The notes under the pieces were generated by a model. That model saw only the letters and a program-made list of their open reading frames with translations, was not told the DNA's origin and searched no databases. From a virus (Duplodnaviria > Heunggongvirae > Uroviricota > Caudoviricetes): 64,000 nucleotides of DNA. The stretch covers positions 1-64,000 of IMG/VR virus record IMGVR_UViG_3300020577_007233. One strand, 5' to 3'. Both the position numbers and the translations under genes were made by a program. Position 1 is the stretch's first letter. Each line of letters begins with the position of its first letter. Shown piece after piece: positions 28,697 to 37,421 of the stretch.

Positions 28697-29985
28697 AACT
28701 CAACGTTATCGGCGACTTCGACTTCTCCTTCGCTTTCATTCACCTTGCTATCTGCATCTGATTCTTCACCTATAACTTCAGCAACTTCTTCAGCCTTACT
28801 CTTCTTGCCCTGAGCAGACTTCTTGCCCTTTTCCAGCTTTTCTTTGTGCTGCTGAGCAAAGGCAATATGCTTCTCATAGTTCAACATTGCTGCTGGCAGA
28901 ACAACATCAGTTTCATCTGCTGCTTCCTTGATCGCCATAACCAATTCATCAACTTTTCCTTGCTTCACAAGCTCAGCAACAAACGCTTTCTTACCCTCAA
29001 CCTTGATACCGCCCCAACTATAGACCTTATTGCGAATGCTAATAAGTTTAGTCTGACGACCGCACTCAAATGCTGTTTCTTCAACTTGAGGGAAGTAGTG
29101 TTCGTAATAAATCGGAATACGAATACCACCAAAGTGAGGAGGAGCGAAACGGTTCTTCTCGATGAATGCATTGGCAGCGCCTGCAATCATTTTCTGCTCA
29201 CCATTGTCATCTTCAATGTAAGTATAAGCATCTTTTGCGTTTACCTTATTGAGTTTCAGAATAACTGAACATGCATGAGCGATAGCCTTGCCACCAGGAT
29301 AGCCTTCTGGATTCTTGAACATTGCTCCAGGATTAATGCGAAGCTGATTGATAAAGATCACAAGCGTGTTGTTTGCGGCAGCAAGGCTACAAATCTTGTT
29401 GACAGTCTTACCTAGCAGTCGAGCAAGAGCGGCCATCGTGTCTTTATCAGCATCATTTTCCATAACATATCTAGGAACTAGCGCTCCAATAGAATCCAAG
29501 ACAACAACGCCTGCCCCCTTACGACAAGCATCCATAACTGCATCTAGAGCAAATTCACCATCGCCTATGATGTCGGCAGTCGTTGCTGATTCTTTCGTAT
29601 TTTTCTTTGGATCAATTGCTTTCCTTGAGAACATATTCTTTCGGCCAATCTTAGCAAGGTCAACACCGTTGATTTTTGCCAAAGACTCGCTAAAGGAATT
29701 CTCAACGTCAACCCAAATCGGGATTTTTCCCATTCTCTGCGCTGCTCCGCAAACAGCATAGGCCAACGAAGATTTACCTGCTCCTTCGCCTCCATAAAAC
29801 ATAACAAGCTTACCCGTTGGTAGTCCGCCTGTCTTTATTTCGTTTTCATCTCCGCTAAGAAGCCCGCTTGAGATGATATAGTCAAGTTCCGCATGACCAG
29901 TTGGAATGAACTCAGTTGGATTGCCTTCGCTACCAAATTCAAAACCCTCAAAATTCGAAATTGCTGTATCTCTTTTCTTTGTCAT
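28693..29985 (-). CDS. recA: RecA recombinase
   Basis: IPTG, GGLPTG, GEGAGKS, VLDSIGAL, FINQLR, PGGKA, KNRFAPP. Confidence 0.93.
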   Translation of the reverse strand: MTKKRDTAISNFEGFEFGSEGNPTEFIPTGHAELDYIISSGLLSGDENEIKTGGLPTGKLVMFYGGEGAGKSSLAYAVCGAAQRMGKIPIWVDVENSFSESLAKINGVDLAKIGRKNMFSRKAIDPKKNTKESATTADIIGDGEFALDAVMDACRKGAGVVVLDSIGALVPRYVMENDADKDTMAALARLLGKTVNKICSLAAANNTLVIFINQLRINPGAMFKNPEGYPGGKAIAHACSVILKLNKVNAKDAYTYIEDDNGEQKMIAGAANAFIEKNRFAPPHFGGIRIPIYYEHYFPQVEETAFECGRQTKLISIRNKVYSWGGIKVEGKKAFVAELVKQGKVDELVMAIKEAADETDVVLPAAMLNYEKHIAFAQQHKEKLEKGKKSAQGKKSKAEEVAEVIGEESDADSKVNESEGEVEVADNVEL

Positions 29986-30013
29986 TTGTATCTCCTTTAC
30001 ACTTTAAGTGTCG

Positions 30014-30056
30014 GAATGAAAACGCCGTGGCTACGGTCAACCACGGCGTGTCATTC
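30014..30056 (-). terminator. intrinsic terminator-like hairpin after SSB gene
   Basis: ACGCCGTGG/CCACGGCGT 9-bp stem (30022-30049), extendable by GAATGA/TCATTC, followed by TTTCATT on the minus strand. Confidence 0.8.
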
Positions 30057-30073
30057 AGTGACTATTACATTGT

Positions 30074-30760
30074 TTAGAAGCCAAGGTCGCTAGTGTCGTT
30101 TGTGGGACGCCTAGCTGCTGGGGCTGCTGTAGTAACGGCTGCTGCAACGGCTGCTACTGGGGCGGCTGTTGCGGTCTTAGTAGGACCGTAAAGCTTAGCC
30201 TCAATCTCAGACTGAGGAGTTGCCTTATAAATCTCTTCGAGATCATAAAGACCCTTTTCCTTCAGCATTGCTCGCTCAGCATCAGTGAACGGAGTCTGAA
30301 GCATTGGAGTCGTCTTGTACTCCGTGCGCTTCCTATCTCCGCCAGGCGGAACTACAACCGAGATTTGGAAGTCAGCGCCAGCCCTAGCTCCCGGATCTTG
30401 TCCGACAGCCTTTGCCCATGCCTTGATAGCATCGAAAACGGAGCTTGGAGCTTCCATTACCTTCAGCTTACCATCGGCGCGGTCAATAACATTGACGGCG
30501 TAACGAGTCTTCGCCTCTTGGTTATACTTCTGCCTAATAATGCAGTTTTGTGGGTCGTCCGTAATCGCTCTGTTGAAGCGCTTTGGATTTTCTGGGGACG
30601 CTACCCAATATGCGTGAAACGTACAGGGGTTTCCGACCGGCCTAACCTGATAGGTCTTGCCCGGCTCAAGTTTCAAGAACTTGTCATTACCTCCACCCGC
30701 TCCGCCCTTACCACCCGCTCTAGAACCTGTCTCAACGTCATTCCATTCAATCAATCCCAT
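30074..30760 (-). CDS. phage single-stranded DNA-binding protein (gp32-like)
   Basis: KFLKLEPG...VRP, YAVNVIDRADG, DP..GADF, TEY, acidic DLGF tail; strong AAGGAG SD; next to recA. Confidence 0.75.
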   Translation of the reverse strand: MGLIEWNDVETGSRAGGKGGAGGGNDKFLKLEPGKTYQVRPVGNPCTFHAYWVASPENPKRFNRAITDDPQNCIIRQKYNQEAKTRYAVNVIDRADGKLKVMEAPSSVFDAIKAWAKAVGQDPGARAGADFQISVVVPPGGDRKRTEYKTTPMLQTPFTDAERAMLKEKGLYDLEEIYKATPQSEIEAKLYGPTKTATAAPVAAVAAAVTTAAPAARRPTNDTSDLGF

Positions 30761-30916
30761 TGGATATCTCCTTAACTCTGAACTCTAAAAACTATTGGAG
30801 TTCGTCTTGTTTATTGCTACGTCTTCTTCGAAAAATCTCTGAAACGCTCAGAAACTCTCATTCTCTCAACACTCTGTCTAATAACACATTAAAAACCTAA
30901 AATCAAACCATTCTTT

Positions 30917-30955
30917 TCAATAATTGCTGTTGTTTATTCGTTTACTGTTTGTCAT
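30917..30955 (-). other. 12-aa upstream mini-ORF (MTNSKRINNSNY) in SSB leader
   Basis: AAAGGAG SD at 30960-30966, ATG 30955, TGA 30917. Confidence 0.45.
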
Positions 30956-31020
30956 TATGCTCCTTTCTCTAAAACTCTGTTTTGGGATACTTATATTTCG
31001 GCTATTTGCGCCGAATTCCT

Positions 31021-32211
31021 TCAATCTAACCACGGAAGTTGTCCAGATTTTTTTGGTGCATCTTTTGGCTTTGAGGCCGCAGTTTTTACCGCCTCCTGAA
31101 CTTCAAGTCTGTCATAACCTTCATTTGCTAGACGACTTGGAGTTGAAGAGGCTTGAACAACTGCTTTCTTAGCACTTTCCGGCAAACTATTGAACTTACT
31201 CTCAAGCCCTTCTGTTCTATTCTGTTCCTTAACAAGCTCAAGAGCAATACTAATTTTGCGGCTCAAAATTTCTTTAGCCTCAAGAAGATTGTGGTAAACA
31301 TCTTTAGCGTTTTGTTCAAGAGACTCAAGACGAGATGCATACATCTCAATGTCTTTCATATGGTCGTAAATAACGCCATCTTGCCTTGCTGCTGGCTTTT
31401 CATATGTCACTTTAGCGAGTACGCCTCTGAGTAATTCAACTCCTCGCTTAGCAGCAGCGCATTGACTTGTTGCTTGTATCTTGATATGAACAACTCGATC
31501 AAGAAGATCTTGAATACGAGTAAGCTTATCCGCCATACCCCTCATATCAGTAAGCTCTACATTTGTACTTACCGTGGAAGATGTTAGTTCAGCAGTGAGC
31601 TTATCAATATCAATAGGACGACCATTCTTCGTTATATGACGAATGAAAGAAGATTTCTCTTCATAGAAGCGATTGAACATCGGAGATGGAGCCGTAAGAC
31701 ACCATCCATCAGAATCTGGTTTCTGGTCATACAAAACTGACGAAGTTATATGATCGCCATTCTGGACAGTAACCTTTTCTTCCTCGATATGCTCTGAATC
31801 GAGATCAGCATTATTCGGTTGCGACACCACGGGTTGTACCTCTTCAGGGACAGTGAATTCAGGACGAATTGACTGTGTGAGTATTTTTTCGAATTCGTCT
31901 TTGGGGGCTGGGGTTGGGGCTGCTGGGACTGGGATTGGTGAGGCTGGTTGGGATTGAACATTGACCTTTTCCTCCGTCTTAGAAGCGTATACCACATTAA
32001 CTGGAGGTGCGTCTTTTGCCAATTGTTCTTTAACCTTCTGTGCCTTTTGCTCAAAGGCAACTTTTTCATCAGCCACTATAACTTCTGCATAAGAAGTTTC
32101 TTGGCTGTCGTCTGCTTCTTCCTTGATGTTTGAACCATCTTTAGGAATAGCGAATATTGCATCTAGTTGGTCTTGAATTGGCAATGTCATTACTTCATCC
32201 TTATATTTCAA
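31021..32211 (-). CDS. hypothetical protein (disordered N-terminus, coiled-coil C-terminus)
   Basis: 396-aa ORF. Confidence 0.7.
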   Translation of the reverse strand: MKYKDEVMTLPIQDQLDAIFAIPKDGSNIKEEADDSQETSYAEVIVADEKVAFEQKAQKVKEQLAKDAPPVNVVYASKTEEKVNVQSQPASPIPVPAAPTPAPKDEFEKILTQSIRPEFTVPEEVQPVVSQPNNADLDSEHIEEEKVTVQNGDHITSSVLYDQKPDSDGWCLTAPSPMFNRFYEEKSSFIRHITKNGRPIDIDKLTAELTSSTVSTNVELTDMRGMADKLTRIQDLLDRVVHIKIQATSQCAAAKRGVELLRGVLAKVTYEKPAARQDGVIYDHMKDIEMYASRLESLEQNAKDVYHNLLEAKEILSRKISIALELVKEQNRTEGLESKFNSLPESAKKAVVQASSTPSRLANEGYDRLEVQEAVKTAASKPKDAPKKSGQLPWLD

Positions 32212-32531
32212 CCCAACTTGTCAAAGTCTTGCTTTTCTTCAGCAGATAATCCACGACGAGATGGTTCAGCAGAATTCATCGTTGCTGCAAAACTTGTCAT
32301 TTTGAGTTCCTCGAAGACCTTCTTCGCTGTTTCATCAAAATCTTGAGTAACAAGCGTAGTCAAATTATCGCTCTTCTTTCTAAGGGTATCAATAGAATCC
32401 CACTCAATCTCATGCTGATGATCGACAGTGATATCCATTGTCTCATATTTTGCAGTATTGTACTTCCGCATGATAACTTTGCGGATTGTTGATTTTCTTG
32501 TTTTCGCTACTTCATTTGCTTTATCTGACAT
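32208..32531 (-). CDS. hypothetical protein
   Basis: 107-aa ORF with GGAG SD. Confidence 0.65.
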   Translation of the reverse strand: MSDKANEVAKTRKSTIRKVIMRKYNTAKYETMDITVDHQHEIEWDSIDTLRKKSDNLTTLVTQDFDETAKKVFEELKMTSFAATMNSAEPSRRGLSAEEKQDFDKLG

Positions 32532-32587
32532 GATTATGCTCCATTTGTATCTTGAGATCGACTACTACATTTAATCTGTCTACTGAT

Positions 32588-34564
32588 TCACCCAAACATA
32601 TCGCCGGCTTCAACGCCTTTTTTCCTAGCTCTCTTGAGGTCTTCTCGAATGATGGTAAACTCTTTCATGATATCATCCTTTGATTTACCTCTTCCCTGCT
32701 TTGGCTTAAAGAAACCAGCAGCCAGTAAAGATTCTACAGCTTTCGTATCAACAACCTTCGTATCTGTCTTTTCTGCAAAGTCTTTCAAACTCGTATAAGG
32801 CTGATTCTTTTCGATATTCTCAACAGCCGCATCACTAAGGCCTTTACACTTCAAAGAAGGCATAATTTGCGATTTAGGAACTCCATTGGACGGATCTGCC
32901 TTAGATGCAATGTAATATCTAGCCTTACAATCGTTGATATGTCTCTGAAGAATCTCTACATTCATTTCCTTAGCCATCTTTTCCAACGATTCTACCTTTT
33001 CATACTTTGACCTACCGATTTCAACATTGAGATAAGCAGTAAGAAATTCTTCTGGATAATTGGCCTTCAGGTATGCTGTAATGTAAGAATTGTACGCATA
33101 GCAACAAGCGTGAGCCTTATTGAAGCCGTAATCCGCAAACGGCATGATGACTCTATCCCAATAGTCTTGGGCAACTTTACCATCTATACCGTTTTCTTGC
33201 GCGCCAGAAATGAATCTAGCTCGATACTTTGCAAGCAGTTCTGGCTTCTTCTTACCAATAGCTTTGATAACAACGTAACCTTCAGGGATCGAAAAGCCTG
33301 CAACAGCGTTGCATATCTGCATGACCTGTTCTTGATAAACAAGCAGTCCATACGTCTTCTTGAGATATGGCTCAATATGCTTCCTCAAAGAAGAATGGAA
33401 GTAATCTATTGGTTCGACACCGTGCTTACGATTGCAGTAAGTAGGAACTGACTCCATAGGGCCGGGACGGTACAAAGCTATACCTGCCATGATATCATCA
33501 AGAGAGTCAACTCCCATGTTTACCATTGTCTTTTGCATTCCATGCTCTTCGCACTGGAACACTCCGACAAGCTGACCGCTCTTATAGAGATCAAACGTCT
33601 TTCGATCATCTAGAGGCAAATCGTAAACGTCAATATCTATACCATAGTTCTCTTTTACAAGCCTGCAACAATGGTTGATAACAGAAAGGGTACTAAGAGC
33701 AAGAATATCGAACTTGATAAGACCAAGCAATTCAAGATCGTTGTACTCAAACTGAGTAGCAAATGTATACTTAGGCCCATCATTTTCTTCGCCGTCTTCG
33801 CTGACAATCTTGGTCTGGCGAAGCGGCGCTATGCTTGATAGAGGCTCATTCGAAATAACAATACCGGCAGCATGCACTCCGAAAGTAGAAAGTAATCCCT
33901 CGATATTGCGAGAGTGAGTGAGGATATCTGGGTATTTGTCAACGTAGTAACGAAAATTCTTGCACCACTTGTAAGCGTCCTCGACAGTTTTGATTGCATG
34001 TTCATTGCCATCCTGATCCTTAACCTTCAAAAAGGCTCCATATTGCTCAGGGAGTGAGTCAAGAATCTCATTTCCCAACTCATTTGTTTCAACTTTCCAC
34101 TGATCATGACCTTTGAAGAAAGTTCTTTCTGGATCAACAGCCTTGATGACCCTTCTAACGAAGCTCTTCATCTTGAGGCCAGAATACGTTCCTATGTTTC
34201 CAACGTGTTCTCTTCCGTATGTATCAATAATGTACTTATAGATTTCGTTTCGATGCTCATAATCGAAATCTGAATCAATATCGGGAAAGCCCTTACGGGC
34301 AAAAGCTCGACGCTTCTGCAAGAACGAAGAACCTTCGTCTGGCTTTTTGTCAGTCATTCCAAGAGCATAAGCGGTCCATGAGTTGATCTCATTTCTCTTG
34401 CCCTTTTTGCCAGCAGAGTTTTTCCATAGTCCATGAAACTTCTGAAGAATAGGCTTTTCATCAAGCCCTTCAGTTTTTTCCATCTTTTCAAGCTCTTCTT
34501 GAACAAGAGGAAGTAACGACTTATCTTGAATAGCTTCTAGAATTTCTTCTTTAATTGTTGACAT
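32588..34564 (-). CDS. dnaE: DNA polymerase III alpha, C-terminal part (palm catalytic Asp, thumb, fingers, HhH)
   Basis: FPDIDSDF, HAAGIVI, KFDILAL, GVFQCE, ALYRPGP, YQEQVM, YGFNKAHA, YLKANYP. Confidence 0.93.
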   Translation of the reverse strand: MSTIKEEILEAIQDKSLLPLVQEELEKMEKTEGLDEKPILQKFHGLWKNSAGKKGKRNEINSWTAYALGMTDKKPDEGSSFLQKRRAFARKGFPDIDSDFDYEHRNEIYKYIIDTYGREHVGNIGTYSGLKMKSFVRRVIKAVDPERTFFKGHDQWKVETNELGNEILDSLPEQYGAFLKVKDQDGNEHAIKTVEDAYKWCKNFRYYVDKYPDILTHSRNIEGLLSTFGVHAAGIVISNEPLSSIAPLRQTKIVSEDGEENDGPKYTFATQFEYNDLELLGLIKFDILALSTLSVINHCCRLVKENYGIDIDVYDLPLDDRKTFDLYKSGQLVGVFQCEEHGMQKTMVNMGVDSLDDIMAGIALYRPGPMESVPTYCNRKHGVEPIDYFHSSLRKHIEPYLKKTYGLLVYQEQVMQICNAVAGFSIPEGYVVIKAIGKKKPELLAKYRARFISGAQENGIDGKVAQDYWDRVIMPFADYGFNKAHACCYAYNSYITAYLKANYPEEFLTAYLNVEIGRSKYEKVESLEKMAKEMNVEILQRHINDCKARYYIASKADPSNGVPKSQIMPSLKCKGLSDAAVENIEKNQPYTSLKDFAEKTDTKVVDTKAVESLLAAGFFKPKQGRGKSKDDIMKEFTIIREDLKRARKKGVEAGDMFG

Positions 34565-35201
34565 TTACATTCTCCGTTGTTATTCTGGGCAAAACAACGC
34601 CAGGGCCGTACACCCAATACCCAATTTGATTATTTTGATTAGAACATCTTTTTTGTTGATTACTATATTTTAGACTATAAGAACCTAGTTTGAAATTCTT
34701 TTCCGATATTTCTAAATCACAAGAATATTCTGTTCCAGAATTATGGTAAAGTTCATTATCTATGTTTTTAACAAGCTGAATGTTTTCATTACGATAATTT
34801 TGCATAAAACTTCTACATAAATTAGCCATTTCTTCCACAAAGAAAAGCCTTCTTAAGTCAAACGAATGCTGACCCAATTCATAATAGCTTATGAGTTCTA
34901 CTTTGAAATAGTCTAGAAAATACAATCCATCTTTCGAATTAACACTAGAAGGAAAACACGGAACTGCGCAGCAATATTTACCTTCATGAAGTTTGTCATC
35001 TAAAATCATTTCAAGAAATGACTGCTCGCCAGATGTTACAAACATGCTTGGATTGCATTCAAGAACATCCTTTTCAGTAAAAAGCTTAGGACAGGTAATC
35101 AACATCGCTTCCTTAGAAACACTCCAAGGAACATCTATGTATTTATATCCATGTTTTTCATAAAATGAAATTGCTTCGACAACTATTTTGTAGTCAATCA
35201 T
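34551..35201 (-). CDS. class II aaRS-like catalytic core, degenerate paralog
   Basis: YIDVPW, SGEQSFL, YFKVEL, GVVLPR; motif-2 Arg absent (PCFP). Confidence 0.65.
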   Translation of the reverse strand: MIDYKIVVEAISFYEKHGYKYIDVPWSVSKEAMLITCPKLFTEKDVLECNPSMFVTSGEQSFLEMILDDKLHEGKYCCAVPCFPSSVNSKDGLYFLDYFKVELISYYELGQHSFDLRRLFFVEEMANLCRSFMQNYRNENIQLVKNIDNELYHNSGTEYSCDLEISEKNFKLGSYSLKYSNQQKRCSNQNNQIGYWVYGPGVVLPRITTENVNVNN

Positions 35202-35213
35202 TTAGCCCGCCAT

Positions 35214-35801
35214 TTAGTGAAACAATCTCGGAAGAGCAACTCCTGTTCCGTACATCCATCTGCCGCAACTAGGATGAGATCTCAGTCCATAAGAACCCAA
35301 TTCGACACCTTTGCTAGTGACAACATCGTAGTTCACAAACGTATCGCACTCATGTCTTGGATCATCTTCTGTTTGAACAAAGTCAAGCTCATCAGTAATA
35401 ACGCTACCCATAAACGCCATAGCATCATGTATCATGTCGCCAAGACCAAACTCGCTAAAATCTTGAGCAAGCGTATTGATTAACTCAACCTTGAAGAATT
35501 GAGAAAAATGCAAGCCATCTTTCTTGAGTCCGTCAAACTTTCGATAACATGGAGTTGCGCAACAGTATTTGCCCGGAGGCAGTTCTTGATTAAGAATCAT
35601 CTGCAAAAACGATTGTTCACCAGAAGCAACCATTTCTTCTTCTCGAATCGAATTTGGTTCTATACAGGTTGGAAGAGTAACTAATAAGGCTCTTTTGGAA
35701 ACAACCCAAGGAACTTCAATGTACTTGTATTCCGCAATATCTTCGTAGTAACGAATAGCCATATTGACGGCATCATAATCAATCAAGGGAAATCTACTCA
35801 T
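35214..35801 (-). CDS. stand-alone class II aminoacyl-tRNA-synthetase-like catalytic core
   Basis: YIEVPW, SGEQSFL, TPCYR (motif 2), FFKVEL, ELGSYG, GTGVALPR (motif 3); no anticodon domain. Confidence 0.75.
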   Translation of the reverse strand: MSRFPLIDYDAVNMAIRYYEDIAEYKYIEVPWVVSKRALLVTLPTCIEPNSIREEEMVASGEQSFLQMILNQELPPGKYCCATPCYRKFDGLKKDGLHFSQFFKVELINTLAQDFSEFGLGDMIHDAMAFMGSVITDELDFVQTEDDPRHECDTFVNYDVVTSKGVELGSYGLRSHPSCGRWMYGTGVALPRLFH

Positions 35802-36046
35802 TGTCTACTCCCGTCCATAAACGCAGATCTCGTTGCATTAGACATCTTAATAAGGTCTTCGATAGTGAAAGCAGGAAGTCTAAAACTCAAATAACCCTGT
35901 ATGGCTCCGACTAAATCAGAAAGCTCAACGAGAGCCATAATCTTATTGCCCTGTTCTTCTGCGTCCTGAAGCTCTTGAAGCTCTTCTACAATCTTAGATA
36001 TCTCGCCATACTTGCCCTTTGTGATATGTCTACGATGATAGCCCAT
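35798..36046 (-). CDS. small MazG-like all-alpha NTP pyrophosphohydrolase
   Basis: KIVEELQEL...VELSDL (EExxE...ExxD pattern). Confidence 0.55.
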   Translation of the reverse strand: MGYHRRHITKGKYGEISKIVEELQELQDAEEQGNKIMALVELSDLVGAIQGYLSFRLPAFTIEDLIKMSNATRSAFMDGSRQ

Positions 36047-36047
36047 A

Positions 36048-36899
36048 TTATTCTCCAAAACACATTGATTCAACCCCGTGCCTTTCGGCATAGGAACTTT
36101 TCTTAACAATGAGCAATTCAATCTCTCTGTCTTTCTCTTCTTCTGTTTGCATGCTTTTTGCTACAGACTTTTTATAGTAAGCAAAACCTTCCTTTTCAGG
36201 ATAAAGCTGCCTAATAGCTTCGCTGTCGTAATACGAGATTGCACAACTGCCTTTGACTGATTTTACAACACCAGCCATCTCTTTATGATCAAATCCCTTT
36301 TTCTTGTTTACATGATAGAAGTTCTTTTCAACATTTTTGTAAGGAGGGTCAAGATAAAAAAGAGCTTCTGGACAATCCCATTTTCTCATACAATCTTCGT
36401 AGTCAAGATTCTCTATGTAAACATGGCGAAGAAAAGCTGCGCATTGTTCAATAAGAGGAGGCAATCTTGCCCAAGTTAGACAAATGTTCTCGCCAGTTCT
36501 AGAAACACACCATGAACCATCTTCCTTACCAAACATGCACTGTCTGTTATAGATGAGATAGTTTCTGGCCCATTCAACAGGGTTTTCTTTCAAGAAATCT
36601 TTATCGCCTTCAATATACTCGTTGGCAAGATCAAAGTCTCTTCTACTATAAGGGGTCGTAACAACTGCGCTTAAGAACTCGTCCCTATGATCTCTAATAA
36701 CTCTAAATAGATTCCATACATGACCATCCAGGTCGTTATAGATCATTCTGTATTTGTCGTCGGGTTTAGGCATGCCATACCCAACCGCAAAACTTCCGCC
36801 AAATGGCTCGCAGTATACGGTATGAGCAGGCAAGTGTTTGATTATCCATTTACGAATTTTCACTTTACCGCCTATTCTTTTTATGATAGTGTCTGCCAT
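36048..36899 (-). CDS. Dam/D12-class N6-adenine DNA methyltransferase
   Basis: GGK, YCEPFGGS, YND, IENLDY, YLDPPY. Confidence 0.92.
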   Translation of the reverse strand: MADTIIKRIGGKVKIRKWIIKHLPAHTVYCEPFGGSFAVGYGMPKPDDKYRMIYNDLDGHVWNLFRVIRDHRDEFLSAVVTTPYSRRDFDLANEYIEGDKDFLKENPVEWARNYLIYNRQCMFGKEDGSWCVSRTGENICLTWARLPPLIEQCAAFLRHVYIENLDYEDCMRKWDCPEALFYLDPPYKNVEKNFYHVNKKKGFDHKEMAGVVKSVKGSCAISYYDSEAIRQLYPEKEGFAYYKKSVAKSMQTEEEKDREIELLIVKKSSYAERHGVESMCFGE

Positions 36900-37420
36900 T
36901 CTCTCCCCTCGCCAAGGATCTCCCAAGTGTTTTTTCTGTAATCCACAAGTCGATAAAACTTAGCATCGGAAATGGGAACTTTTCGAACATAATCCGGTCC
37001 TCTTCTTGTATTTTCAAGAACAGGATTCAGCGGGTCATAAGCTTCATACTTTATGATAGCGATTCCCTTAAGATCTTCGCTGCAAAGAGCAAAGGTTGTA
37101 AACCTATTTCTTGAGTTCGCTTCCTTACTCTTCCTGTTAAGTACATTAACTGTATCAAACGGGAAGTACCCATTACCAAACGCCCAGTTATGCTTTATCT
37201 CTGCGCTTATGATAAGGTGTTTGCCGCCTAAATCGCATTCAATATCCCTATGATAGGGTAAATCTCTTTCTGAACCTGCCTCTGCTATCAGATTCTTGGC
37301 TCCAAGTCTGTGAAGAAGACTAAATACAGCCATCTTAGCAAGAACATCGCACTCGAAGTCTTCCTCTCGGAAGCGAGAAGCCTCTTTTCCTTTGATGCTT
37401 TTGTCAACTTGAATCATCAT
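36881..37420 (-). CDS. putative PD-(D/E)XK nuclease
   Basis: RDIECD...SAEIKHNW spacing resembles the D...E-x-K motif. Confidence 0.45.
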   Translation of the reverse strand: MMIQVDKSIKGKEASRFREEDFECDVLAKMAVFSLLHRLGAKNLIAEAGSERDLPYHRDIECDLGGKHLIISAEIKHNWAFGNGYFPFDTVNVLNRKSKEANSRNRFTTFALCSEDLKGIAIIKYEAYDPLNPVLENTRRGPDYVRKVPISDAKFYRLVDYRKNTWEILGEGREWQTLS

Positions 37421-37421
37421 T

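Noticed and set aside
31903-31953. G-quadruplex-like G-run cluster on the plus strand
   Set aside because: Fully explained by the Pro codons of a PAPTPAP linker in the minus-strand ORF
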